From an uncultured Phycisphaerales bacterium (GTDB lineage Bacteria; Planctomycetota; B15-G4; CAYZWU01), in the NCBI GenBank assembly GCA_964633825.1, contig CAZWHE010000002.1, positions 4,653 to 68,652 on the forward strand: DNA of 64,000 bases. Reading direction: 5' to 3'. The position numbers and the translations under genes are program-made. A model generated the notes under the pieces. That model made no database searches, had not been told where the DNA came from, and saw nothing but the letters and a program-made list of their open reading frames with translations. The first letter of the stretch is position 1. Every line of letters starts with the position of its first letter. Positions 36,196 to 45,335 of the stretch are shown here, one piece after another.

Positions 36196-37418
36196 TTGCG
36201 ATCCTCATCCCTCTGATTCTGGCATTTCCCCAATGGGAGCCGGGAACCAACCTCGGCCCGAACATCAACACGGCCGGCACGGAAAAAGCGTCGGACATCT
36301 CGGCCGACGGCCAAACCCTCTATTTCAGCAGCCAGACCCTGTCGGGCGACATCAACATCTACATGTCCACCTGGACCGGCGCCGAATGGAGCACCCCTGT
36401 CGACCTCGGCCCCCCGGTCAACTCCATCCACAACGACTGGGGGCCTTCGATCTCCGGAGACGGCATGACGCTTTACTTCGGTTCCGACCGGCCGGGAGGG
36501 TACGGCAGTTACGACATCTATTCCAGCACCAACGCGGGCGGCGTCTGGCAGACGCCGGTCAACCTCGGGCCCTCCATCAACACGAGCGAGGGCGAGCTCG
36601 GCCAGGACATCCGCCCCGACGGCGCGGTCCTCTTCTTCGCCCGGGGCTGGCCGCCCCAGGGAGGATCTTCTGACGAAAACATTTACTGGTCCGAATACAC
36701 CGGGGGCTCGTGGACACAGGCGCAGCCCTGGGAACAGAACACGTCCGAGATCGAAGACAACCCCAACATCTCCGACGACGGCACGCTGCTCTATTTCTCG
36801 GCCCGCTATACGAGCGGCGGCTACGGCGATTTCGACATTTACGTGTCGCGCTATGAAAACGGCCGTTGGCAGACGCCGATCAACCTCGGGCCCGGCATCA
36901 ACACGGAGCATCACGACGCCAATCCCTCGGTCACGACGGACGGGCGGCAGCTTCACTATACGAGCAAGGACCCGTCGGGCTACGGCTACTTCGACCTCTA
37001 CGTCTCCGACAAATCGGACGAGGTGGGCGAATACGGCTCGGGTCTGGCCGGAAGCGGCGGGTTCGTTCCGCGGCTCGAGGCCGACACGCCCGTGATCGGC
37101 GGCGCCTTCCAGCTCTCACTGCTCGACGGCCTGGGCGGCGCAGCGGGCCGGCTGCTCGCTTCGCGGGCTGCGGACAGCCAGCCCTTCGGAGGCGGGACGC
37201 TCCTCGTGGACACGGCGCAGCTCACGCACAACGTGCCTCTTCATCTCGACGGAACACCCGGCGCGCCCGGAGCGGGCACGGAGACCCTGTCGACCCGGAT
37301 TCCGTCCAATCCCCTGCTCTACGGGACCGAATATTACCTCCAGGCGATTCTGTTCGACGGGGGGGCGGTGGGCGGATATTCCATGACGGCCGGCACCAAG
37401 CTGATCCTGACCTACTGA
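36192..37418 (+). CDS. Periplasmic PD40 / WD40-like beta-propeller repeat protein (TolB-like repeats)
   Basis: At least 6 repeats of 'NLGPxINTxxxExxPSISxDGxxLYFSSDRxGGYGxYDIYxS'. Confidence 0.65.
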   Translation: MIAILIPLILAFPQWEPGTNLGPNINTAGTEKASDISADGQTLYFSSQTLSGDINIYMSTWTGAEWSTPVDLGPPVNSIHNDWGPSISGDGMTLYFGSDRPGGYGSYDIYSSTNAGGVWQTPVNLGPSINTSEGELGQDIRPDGAVLFFARGWPPQGGSSDENIYWSEYTGGSWTQAQPWEQNTSEIEDNPNISDDGTLLYFSARYTSGGYGDFDIYVSRYENGRWQTPINLGPGINTEHHDANPSVTTDGRQLHYTSKDPSGYGYFDLYVSDKSDEVGEYGSGLAGSGGFVPRLEADTPVIGGAFQLSLLDGLGGAAGRLLASRAADSQPFGGGTLLVDTAQLTHNVPLHLDGTPGAPGAGTETLSTRIPSNPLLYGTEYYLQAILFDGGAVGGYSMTAGTKLILTY

Positions 37419-37585
37419 TTAGCCGCCTTCATGCACCCGCACCATACACCTTTCCGGGTTCCGGTGCAGGAGAGAAAAGGGGTTCCCCGAATTCGGCATT
37501 AATGCTAACATCCCCTTGAATATCCTTTTTACAGGGCTATTCATACCTTCGCGTCTTTTCGATCCGAGAAATGAGATAAATCGCA

Positions 37586-39064
37586 ATGAAGATCGCCATG
37601 CTCAATGTCTCCGGACGGCTCTCATCCGAAGGCTCCCGGCTCATCTCGTCCCTCCTGAAGAAGGACGGTCATTCGATCACAAACATCTTCCTGGCCCGGG
37701 GCTTCCCGATCCAGTACGAGAGAGAGGAGCTCGAACAGCTTCACGAGATCCTGAAGAACGTCGATCTCGCCATGGTGGCCGTCTACAGCCAGTTCTCCTA
37801 CAGGGCGGTGCAGGTCACCGAGTTCATTCACAAGCACTATCCCGGCATGAAAGTGATCTGGGGCGGACCCCACTGCGTCGCCTCGCCCGAGCTCAGCCTC
37901 GACATCGCCGACGGCGTCTGCTTCTCCGAAGGCGATATCTGCGTCCCCGAGTTCGTCAAAAAGCTCGAGGCCAACGACGAAAGCTACCTCGAGACGCCGA
38001 ACATGGCTTTCAGGGTGAACGGATCCAACATCGTGAACGAGATCCTGCCCCCTTTCAAGGACCTCAACAGCCTCCCTTTCTGCGACTTCACCCTTGACGG
38101 GAACTTCATCCTCGACAAAACGCTGAAACCGCTCTCCAAGGAGCTGATGCAGACCTACCTCTCCACCTTTCCCTACGGCGGGCCCACGTTCCACACCGTC
38201 ACGTCCCGCGGCTGCCCCCACCGCTGCTCGTACTGCAACAACTGCCGTTACATCGCCATGTTCGGCAGAAACGCCATCCGCAAACAGAGCGTTGACCGGT
38301 TCATGGACGAGCTGGAGCACCACCTCGGCATCGTGGAATCGGTGAAGGGTATCTGCCTCTCGGACGACGACTTTCTCATCCGCCCGGTGAGGGAGCTCGA
38401 ACAGTTCGCCGAGCGATACAAGAAGAACATCGAATTCCCCTTTCTCGTCTGCATGAGCGCCAAGACCTACCGGAAGGAGAAGATCGACGTTCTCCTCGAC
38501 GCGGGGATCAAGTTCGTCGTCATCGGCGTCCAGTCGGGAAGCGACCGGACCCTGGAAGAGGTTTTCGACCGGCCGATCCCGCTCACCAAGATCAAGGAGA
38601 TCGTCCGCGAGCTGGAGCCCTATTACAAAAAACACGACCTGCGGATGTCGCTCGACTTCATCACCGACGTCCCCTACGAGACGCGGGAAGATCTCGCCGA
38701 CACGTACAAGTACATCCTCGACCTGCCCCGGCATTCGAGGATCCAGTTCTACACCCTCTACTTCTCGCCGGGAACGCCGATCTACGACAGGGCGCTCAAG
38801 GACGGCATCATCGAGCCCTTCAGCGACAAGACGTTCCGCTCCCTCGACGACAAGATCACGTACCAGAAAAACTACGAGACCTTCCTGATCTTTTTCTTCA
38901 TCTTCCTCCACCGCCGCCGGCTGAGGCGGTTCATCCCCACTTTCCTCCTCCGCCTCATGGCGGCCCGGCCGCTGCGCGCGGCCGTAAACCTCCTGCCGTG
39001 GAAAGCGATCCAGGCTCCCCTGATTGTCGTCCGGAAGCTGACGCCCGACACGTCGGTGACATAG
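37586..39064 (+). CDS. B12-binding domain / radical SAM protein (class B radical SAM, possible methyltransferase)
   Basis: N-terminal cobalamin-binding-like Rossmann segment, radical SAM 'CPHRCSYC' (CxxxCxxC), and a 'VIGVQSGSD' glycine-rich motif. Confidence 0.85.
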   Translation: MKIAMLNVSGRLSSEGSRLISSLLKKDGHSITNIFLARGFPIQYEREELEQLHEILKNVDLAMVAVYSQFSYRAVQVTEFIHKHYPGMKVIWGGPHCVASPELSLDIADGVCFSEGDICVPEFVKKLEANDESYLETPNMAFRVNGSNIVNEILPPFKDLNSLPFCDFTLDGNFILDKTLKPLSKELMQTYLSTFPYGGPTFHTVTSRGCPHRCSYCNNCRYIAMFGRNAIRKQSVDRFMDELEHHLGIVESVKGICLSDDDFLIRPVRELEQFAERYKKNIEFPFLVCMSAKTYRKEKIDVLLDAGIKFVVIGVQSGSDRTLEEVFDRPIPLTKIKEIVRELEPYYKKHDLRMSLDFITDVPYETREDLADTYKYILDLPRHSRIQFYTLYFSPGTPIYDRALKDGIIEPFSDKTFRSLDDKITYQKNYETFLIFFFIFLHRRRLRRFIPTFLLRLMAARPLRAAVNLLPWKAIQAPLIVVRKLTPDTSVT

Positions 39065-39179
39065 CCCCTGTCCGCCAAAAATATCATCATCGACCTGTTA
39101 ATTTAAAAAAAGCTCTATAATCCGGGAACATTTCCATCGTCTCTAGCGTTACCCCAATGATTGAAAAGGTGCGCATACC

Positions 39180-39803
39180 GTGAATCCCATGGAGGAGACC
39201 TGCAACGAAGAGCTGATCCGGGCCCATCTGAACGGGTCCGCAGAGGCCTTCAAGAGACTGCTCGAGCGCCATGCGCCCGAGCTCGTCTCCCTCCTGGAGC
39301 GCATGCTCAATGACCACCACCTGGCTCTCGATATCACCCAGGAGGTTTTCATCAAGCTGCACGGCATGCTTCCGCGGTACAGATTCGAGGGACGCTTCAG
39401 ATCGATGCTTTATTCCATGGCACTGAACCGGGCGCGCGACGCACTGAGGAAAAAGAAACGATCCCGCACCGTGTTTCTCGGCGATTCCCGGAAACACCGG
39501 GACGAAGCGCTCGTCCCGGATCCCGCAGAGAAGCACGACCTGCGAACCCTCATCGAGGAAGCCCTCGACAAGGTGCCCGATCCCTTTCGGCAGGCCCTCT
39601 ATCTCCGCGACGTGGCCGGCCTCTCTTACAGCGAAGCGGCCGAAACACTCGGATGCAGCCTGGGCACCGTAAAATCACGGGTCAATCGCGGGCGGCTCGC
39701 TTTCCGCGACATCTATTTGAGCCTGACAAAAGACAACAACTTCCGGTCCAAAGGAGAAAGTCCAAAAGGAGAACTTCCAAAGGGAGGACGCTATGCCCCC
39801 TGA
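39180..39803 (+). CDS. ECF-type RNA polymerase sigma factor
   Basis: Region 2 'LLERHAPELVSLLERMLNDHHLALDITQEVFIKL' and region 4 'LYLRDVAGLSYSEAAETLGCSLGTVKSRVNRGR'. The listed start at 39180 is GTG; the first ATG is at 39189. Confidence 0.8.
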   Translation: MNPMEETCNEELIRAHLNGSAEAFKRLLERHAPELVSLLERMLNDHHLALDITQEVFIKLHGMLPRYRFEGRFRSMLYSMALNRARDALRKKKRSRTVFLGDSRKHRDEALVPDPAEKHDLRTLIEEALDKVPDPFRQALYLRDVAGLSYSEAAETLGCSLGTVKSRVNRGRLAFRDIYLSLTKDNNFRSKGESPKGELPKGGRYAP

Positions 39804-40845
39804 CAAACAAGATTTGACATGCAAAGAAATGGAAGCGCGTTTCTCGGCCTTTCTGGAAGGCGAGCTCCCGGAAAAAGAGACGGCATCCTTCGACGCTCAC
39901 CTGAAAGCCTGCCCCACCTGCGAGGCCGGGTTCGGGCGCTTTCAGAAAGCCCTGAAAGCGCTCTGGTCCTACAGCGCCCGGCCGGTTTCCGAAAGCTTTC
40001 TCGATTCGGTGAACCGGGCCGCTCTCGCCCGGGAAGCGATCGGCCAAACCGCCGCAGCCGAAAAAGAAAACAAGCGAAGAGGTTTCTTTCTCATTCTGGG
40101 CTGGGGCGCGGCGGCGGCGGCCGCAGCGGCGGCGCTCCTGATCTACCTGTGGCAGCCCGGACCCATGCTGGTCAAGGTGCCCGTTCCCGTTCAGGAGAGC
40201 TATCTCGAAGTGGTCGGTGCGGACACGATCATCAAACAGGAAGGCTTCTTCGAGGTGATCCGCGAGAACACGACCATCAAAGTGGCTGCCGGGGAGAGCT
40301 TTGTATTCAAGAAGGGCGACGTGATCCGAATCGGTCCGGCGAAAGGGTTTTATCCGCTGGCGAAAGCGACGCCAAAACGGGAGACAACAAGACCGGAACC
40401 GATCCCGCACCCGTCGCAGCGCGACATGTTGAAACCCGCTTTCCTGCGGCACGAAAGATTCGGACGGCAGATCCCGGCGCCGGCCGTGGCCCTCGTGTGG
40501 GAACCGAACGGAGCTCTTTCCCTGGAAACAGCCGGCCCGGACCACGAAGTGATACCCGAGCTCCTCGGCCTGCTCGACAGCGACGATCCCCAGATCAGAG
40601 CCGCCGCCCAGGGAAGGCTGGAAAGCATTCAGAACCGGCTGCATCGCGAACACGGCATCCATGCGCCGCGGGAACCGGTTCCTGTAAAAGAGAGCCCCGG
40701 CGGCTTGGAGGCGATAAAAAAAATCTTCCAGGGAGAAAAGATAGAGGAGCCGGCGCAGGAGTCCCCGCCGTCCGAGCTCTGGCAAAAGTGGTGGACGGCC
40801 AACCAGGAATCGATTCTGTGTTACGCCGGGAAGCTCAGGACGTGA
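39793..40845 (+). CDS. Putative zinc-finger (zf-HC2) anti-sigma factor with a TM helix and a periplasmic domain
   Basis: 'MEARFSAFLEGELPEKETASFDAHLKACPTCEA', a TM 'FFLILGWGAAAAAAAAALLIYLW', and overlap with the sigma gene consistent with co-translation. Confidence 0.6.
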   Translation: MPPDKQDLTCKEMEARFSAFLEGELPEKETASFDAHLKACPTCEAGFGRFQKALKALWSYSARPVSESFLDSVNRAALAREAIGQTAAAEKENKRRGFFLILGWGAAAAAAAAALLIYLWQPGPMLVKVPVPVQESYLEVVGADTIIKQEGFFEVIRENTTIKVAAGESFVFKKGDVIRIGPAKGFYPLAKATPKRETTRPEPIPHPSQRDMLKPAFLRHERFGRQIPAPAVALVWEPNGALSLETAGPDHEVIPELLGLLDSDDPQIRAAAQGRLESIQNRLHREHGIHAPREPVPVKESPGGLEAIKKIFQGEKIEEPAQESPPSELWQKWWTANQESILCYAGKLRT

Positions 40846-40919
40846 TCGCCTTTCCGCATCGACGGAACCGGCATATCCCTCCTTCCCGATGAAGGAGGAT
40901 TAACAAAAGGAGACGAGAG

Positions 40920-42023
40920 ATGAAACAGCTCAAATGGATGATCATATTCCTGCCTTTTCTGATGCTTGCGGGCTGTGTTTCCGTATGCAAGACGTCCGTG
41001 TACAGCGACGGTTCCGTTGAGCTCGCCCGTGTGGAGAACGAAAAGGGCGTCGACATCTACGAACTGAAGCGGACGGGAAGCAAGATGAACATGACCCTCG
41101 TCGTTCGATCGGAGCGCAACAGCGACCGCAGAGACCTGGGCTTGACTCTCAACGAGGTTACCAAGGATCTGGGCCAGACAAAGATGCTTTCGCCCTACCG
41201 GGGGCTTTACGTGAAGGAAGTGAAGGACGGCGGCGCAGCGGCTCGGGCCGGCATTCTGCCGGGCGATATTCTGACCATGGTCAACGGAATCGAGATCATG
41301 TACCTGGACCAGTACAACTACATCCTGAAAAACGCCACGGCCCCGGAGAGCGAGGTGGAGCTCGTCCTGCTGCGCGGCTTCGAGAACAAAGAAGAGCTCG
41401 TTCTGAAGGTGGTTCCTGATTCGATAAAAGTCACCATTCCGTCCACCCGGGCCATCCGGCTCGAACCGCCCGGGATCGAGGGGCCGTCCTACGCGGGAAT
41501 CGTGATCGGAACCCTGCCCGCCGAGTGGACCCAAAAAATATACGGAGAGGACCGGTCCACCGTGCTCATCAGCGGCGTCGTGATCGGCTCCCCCGCCTAT
41601 CTCGGCGGCCTCCGCAGCGGAGACCGCATCCTCTCGGTGAACGGCGCCCACTTCGAAACGGCAACCGAGCTGAAAGAATGGATCATGGAACACGGCCCCC
41701 AGGGTGAAACGGTTCTCTTCGAAGTTTTCCAGAGACAGGGAGGCAAGTTCAGCGCCGAAGTCGACCTCGAAGAATACGACGGCAGCACCGATATGGACAT
41801 CCCATTTCTGTTCGAGCTCGATCACGATGCGATCGAAACCGAATGGGACTTCGGCCCCTTCGGCTGGATCGTCGAATACGACGGACGATATTGCCGCTCG
41901 AAATCGCGTGATGCGAATTACCGGCGGAGAGTATCCTGTATTATCGGGCTCTTCAAATACCGTTGGGGGCCGGACTACGGCAGAGTCCGTCTGCTCTGGT
42001 TTCTGACCTTCGGCTCCGATTGA
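40920..42023 (+). CDS. Lipoprotein with two PDZ domains and a C-terminal domain of unknown function
   Basis: Lipobox 'LMLAGC' and PDZ motifs 'GLYVKEVKDGGAAARAGILPGDILTMVNG' and 'ISGVVIGSPAYLGGLRSGDRILSVNG'. No protease domain. Confidence 0.7.
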   Translation: MKQLKWMIIFLPFLMLAGCVSVCKTSVYSDGSVELARVENEKGVDIYELKRTGSKMNMTLVVRSERNSDRRDLGLTLNEVTKDLGQTKMLSPYRGLYVKEVKDGGAAARAGILPGDILTMVNGIEIMYLDQYNYILKNATAPESEVELVLLRGFENKEELVLKVVPDSIKVTIPSTRAIRLEPPGIEGPSYAGIVIGTLPAEWTQKIYGEDRSTVLISGVVIGSPAYLGGLRSGDRILSVNGAHFETATELKEWIMEHGPQGETVLFEVFQRQGGKFSAEVDLEEYDGSTDMDIPFLFELDHDAIETEWDFGPFGWIVEYDGRYCRSKSRDANYRRRVSCIIGLFKYRWGPDYGRVRLLWFLTFGSD

Positions 42024-42083
42024 CCGCGCAGTCGAAGAACAAGGGGCCGAGCTGTTCGGGGAAAAAAAAGGGGTTCTCACACA

Positions 42084-42119
42084 AAGGGGGCGCTCATATG
42101 CAATGCATGAGCGCCCCCT
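42084..42119. other. Strong GC-rich hairpin (12-bp stem) without a flanking U-tract
   Basis: 'gggggcgctcat' and 'atgagcgccccc' flank a partly palindromic loop. A second small hairpin 'cccattgaatggg' follows immediately. Confidence 0.4.
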
Positions 42120-42166
42120 TCCCATTGAATGGGGAATAAAAAAAGTGAAAAAGCCCATTGTAATCA

Positions 42167-42184
42167 ACTACCATGGTAGTACTA
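42167..42184. promoter_or_regulatory. Palindromic candidate operator upstream of the BlaI-like repressor gene
   Basis: 'ACTACCATGGTAGT' is a perfect 14-bp palindrome (TAC-N4-GTA core, as in BlaI/MecI TACA/TGTA boxes). It overlaps the 'TAGTACTA' palindrome and lies ~60 nt upstream of the ATG. Confidence 0.3.
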
Positions 42185-42242
42185 TAAGGGTAGTTGGTGT
42201 CCCGGCCGGGCCGAGATCATATCTTTTGGAGTGACGATCCTC

Positions 42243-42641
42243 ATGAAACACCCACACCGCCTCGGAGACCTGCAGCTCGCCATTATGCGCGTCCTTTGGG
42301 AGCGCAAGGAGGCAACGGCAGCCGAAGTCCACGCCGCCCTGCTGCCCGAACGGGGCCTTGCGCCCACTACGATCGCCACCATGCTGCGCAAGATGGAAGA
42401 CAAGCGCGTTGTGACTCACCGAACCGAGGGGCGCCAGTTCGTCTACAGCTCCCTGGTCACCGAGAAAGAAGTCCGGCGTTCCATGGTGGCCGAGCTAACG
42501 AACCGCCTCTTCGAGGGCGACGCCGCCGCCCTGGTCAGTCATCTGCTCAATGAACGCGATATTGATCGAAGCGAGCTCAACCGCCTCAAATCCCTGATCA
42601 GAAAGAAGGAAAAAAAGACGGGGACCCGCCATGGTCGATAA
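42243..42641 (+). CDS. BlaI/MecI/CopY-family transcriptional repressor
   Basis: Winged-helix 'LGDLQLAIMRVLWERKEATAAEVHAALLPERGLAPTTIATMLRKMEDKRVV'. Confidence 0.8.
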   Translation: MKHPHRLGDLQLAIMRVLWERKEATAAEVHAALLPERGLAPTTIATMLRKMEDKRVVTHRTEGRQFVYSSLVTEKEVRRSMVAELTNRLFEGDAAALVSHLLNERDIDRSELNRLKSLIRKKEKKTGTRHGR

Positions 42642-44181
42642 TGCCATGATTTCGGACAGTTGGCTCATGATCGCCGGAGCATGGATCGGAACCTACATGC
42701 TCCACAGCACACTCCTTCTCCTGGGTGTCTTTGCGATTACGAGCGGAATGTCTCACTCCCGGGGGCAGCTCAAGGAGACGCTGTGGAAGCTGGCTCTCGT
42801 CGGGGGATTCGTCACGGCAACGATTCAGATATCAAGCGGACACGAGCCCTGGAGCGGCAGGATCGACCTTTTGGACAGCACGGTTTCTGAAGAGACCCGG
42901 CCCTCAAGAAAAACCGCCGGAGCCACGCCGGCCGTTGACCGGTCGTCCCTTCCTGATGGAACAATGGAAGCTCTTCCAACGGGAGAGTCGGATTTTTCGG
43001 AGACGATGGTTTCGTCGGAGACGGCGACTTCGTCGGAGGTGACAGTTTCGTCGGAGGTGACGGCTTCATTAACCGGAACGGACCACCCCCCGGCCGGGCG
43101 GCAGACGGATTGGAAACGCCTGCTCGCCTCCACCGTCCTGGCGGCGCTGCTCGTTGGGCTCGGTTTTATCGTTCTGGACCGGACACGCCTCTTCAGGCGC
43201 TTCTCCGGCCGGAACATCGTCACCGACGATTCCGTGCGAAACGTCCTCGACGGGCTCCGCCTTCGAGCCGGCCTGCGCAGGCCCGTGAAACTGACATGGA
43301 CCAAGCGGATCCGCATCCCTGTCGCTCTCGGTTTCTTCCGGCCCGAAATCTGCCTGCCCCGGCGCGCCCTGACCGACCTGAATCCCTCGGAACAGACGAG
43401 CATGCTCGCCCACGAGCTGGCCCATCTCAAACGGCACGATCCGGCCTGGCTCGGCCTGGCTCACTGCATTGAACGTCTCTTCTTCTTTCAGCCGCTCAAC
43501 CGAATCGCACGGCGGCGCCTGCAGGAGATCGCCGAATATTCCTGCGACGGCTGGGCCGCCCGGCAGGTGGGCGAGCCCCTGATCCTGGCTCGATGCCTCA
43601 CCGAAGTGGCCGAATGGGCTTCCCTTCCACCGCTTCGCGCAGCCTGTCCGGCGCCGGCGGTAATGGTGGCAAACCGGTCCGCCTTGGCGCGCCGGGTCAC
43701 GCGGCTGCTCGAAGACAATGCGTCCACGGAAACCGAACTGAGCCCTTCGTTGCGTCTCTTCTGCACCGCCGCTCTTCTGACCGGCATCACACTTGCTGCG
43801 CCCGGGATTTCGGCGGCCGGGAGGCCGAAAACGGAGATTCGGCCGGAGGAATCAGCCGCGTGGCAAGGGCTCGACTCCGGCGCGACATCCATCGGGCCGG
43901 TCGCCGGCGCTCCTTCCCCCCTCCCGATCCCGGAATCATTCGAGGCTCTACAGAAAGAACTGCACAGTTTGGAACAAGAAGCCGCTTCGCTTTACGAGGC
44001 TATGGATATATCGCCTCACCGAAATAACTGGGCCGACCTGCTTCCGCTCCTCGAACAAGAAATCGCCGACCTGCGCCGGAGGCGGGATTCCGCGAAAGCC
44101 CTTGTTGACGAAATATTGAACGACCCTGGGAGCGTTCCCTTCGTTTCCGCAACCGAACACTCAATGGAGGAACAGCCATGA
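42631..44181 (+). CDS. BlaR1/MecR1-like M56 peptidase signal transducer lacking a penicillin-binding sensor domain
   Basis: N-terminal TM helices and the M56 zinc motif 'HELAHLKRHD'. There is a Ser/Thr/Val-rich low-complexity tract and a C-terminal coiled-coil. Overlaps the blaI-like stop by 11 nt. Confidence 0.75.
   Translation: MVDNAMISDSWLMIAGAWIGTYMLHSTLLLLGVFAITSGMSHSRGQLKETLWKLALVGGFVTATIQISSGHEPWSGRIDLLDSTVSEETRPSRKTAGATPAVDRSSLPDGTMEALPTGESDFSETMVSSETATSSEVTVSSEVTASLTGTDHPPAGRQTDWKRLLASTVLAALLVGLGFIVLDRTRLFRRFSGRNIVTDDSVRNVLDGLRLRAGLRRPVKLTWTKRIRIPVALGFFRPEICLPRRALTDLNPSEQTSMLAHELAHLKRHDPAWLGLAHCIERLFFFQPLNRIARRRLQEIAEYSCDGWAARQVGEPLILARCLTEVAEWASLPPLRAACPAPAVMVANRSALARRVTRLLEDNASTETELSPSLRLFCTAALLTGITLAAPGISAAGRPKTEIRPEESAAWQGLDSGATSIGPVAGAPSPLPIPESFEALQKELHSLEQEAASLYEAMDISPHRNNWADLLPLLEQEIADLRRRRDSAKALVDEILNDPGSVPFVSATEHSMEEQP
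43006..43068. repeat. In-frame approximately 21-bp tandem repeats (x3) encoding 'VSSE(T/V)T' within the BlaR1-like gene
   Basis: 'ttcgtcggagacggcgac / ttcgtcggaggtgacagtt / tcgtcggaggtgacggctt'. Confidence 0.55.
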
Positions 44182-45236
44182 TCAAATACCTACTCACCAT
44201 CCCGGCTCTCATTATCTGCACGGCCGTGCTCTACGGGGCCGGCGGAACGGGAGAAGCCCAGGAGCCGCCGCCGCGGCCGGACGAAGAAAAAACACAGCAA
44301 GACGCTTTGCAAGCGCACGAAGAGGCTTTGCGAAAGCACAAGATGGCGCTGCAACAACACGAGACCGCAGTGGAAATTACCCAACTCAAGGAAAAGCTGG
44401 CCAAGCTCATCGCACTCGAGCGTTTCGAAGAAGTGGCTGTTGTGAAAGTCAAGATTTCATTACTGGAAGAACTTCTTCAGCAGAAACAGAAAAAGCTCCA
44501 ATATCAAAAAGCCATCGAGGACTACAAAAAAGCCAAGCGCACGGCCGATCTGTTTCGCGAAGAAGGCCCCTTCGAAGAGCCGGACCATGGCCGGATCATG
44601 GACAAGGAGATCCACGAAATCGAGATATACTTTAACGACCTGAAGCGCAAGGCCGGCACCCTCCACGAGGTGGGCCGGCACGATGATGCGGAAGAGGTCG
44701 AGCGGAAAGCCCACGAAGTGGAAAGAATACTGGATCGCCTCCACCGCAACAGGGAAGAAGACCGCGACCGCAAAGCCCGCGAGTTCGAGGAGCAGGTCCG
44801 GCAAATGCAGCATAAGGCCGAAACCCTTCACGCCGTCGGCGAGTATGAAGCGGCGAAGCTCATCAAAATGAAAATCGATGACGCAATGGGAAAGCTTGAA
44901 AGCCTCCGCCATGGCGAGGATGCTCTTGAAGAGGAATTCGCAGAGCTGGAGCGCCGGATCCACCACGTCGTCGAAGCCGCCGAAAACCTCCATGCCGCCG
45001 GCTTGCACGATCATGCCGAAGAGCTAGAGAGGGAAGCCGAGGGGTTTGAACGGGAGCTGAACAAGCGCGCCATGCACCGCCACCTCGAAGAGCTGCCGAT
45101 CCGTTTCGAAGAACTGGCCGAGATGGTTCATGGCCTGCGGTGCGAGATGCAGGAACTGAAGACCGTGATCATGGATCTGAGAAAAAGGGTCGATAATCTT
45201 TCCGCTCCAAGCGATACAAGATCCGCAACAAGATGA
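44178..45236 (+). CDS. Secreted coiled-coil repeat protein
   Basis: Signal peptide 'MIKYLLTIPALIICTAVLYGAGG'. At least 4 repeats of 'LH.VG.HDDAEE.ER.A' and a charged heptad-like sequence. Overlaps the upstream gene by 4 nt. Confidence 0.55.
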   Translation: MIKYLLTIPALIICTAVLYGAGGTGEAQEPPPRPDEEKTQQDALQAHEEALRKHKMALQQHETAVEITQLKEKLAKLIALERFEEVAVVKVKISLLEELLQQKQKKLQYQKAIEDYKKAKRTADLFREEGPFEEPDHGRIMDKEIHEIEIYFNDLKRKAGTLHEVGRHDDAEEVERKAHEVERILDRLHRNREEDRDRKAREFEEQVRQMQHKAETLHAVGEYEAAKLIKMKIDDAMGKLESLRHGEDALEEEFAELERRIHHVVEAAENLHAAGLHDHAEELEREAEGFERELNKRAMHRHLEELPIRFEELAEMVHGLRCEMQELKTVIMDLRKRVDNLSAPSDTRSATR

Positions 45237-45335
45237 TATTATAAAAGAGCGCAAACATCGGACTCATCCGCACTATCGACCGGATGCATGCCGTATTTTT
45301 CCGGCGCGAACCATGTCAATGGAGATCGAAACCGG

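Noticed and set aside
10353-39064. Exosortase (XrtA) / PEP-CTERM system.
   Set aside because: Several gene families typical of exosortase-A loci are present (AsnB-like, ACP, acyl-CoA ligase, Wza/Wzc, sugar transferase). No exosortase gene and no protein ending in a PEP-CTERM sorting signal is present in the window. I mention the resemblance but do not call the system.
42084-42119. Rho-independent terminator after the PDZ lipoprotein gene.
   Set aside because: The stem is strong, but neither strand has a U-tract immediately 3' of it (A-rich on plus, T-run precedes the stem on minus). I record it as a hairpin of unknown role only.
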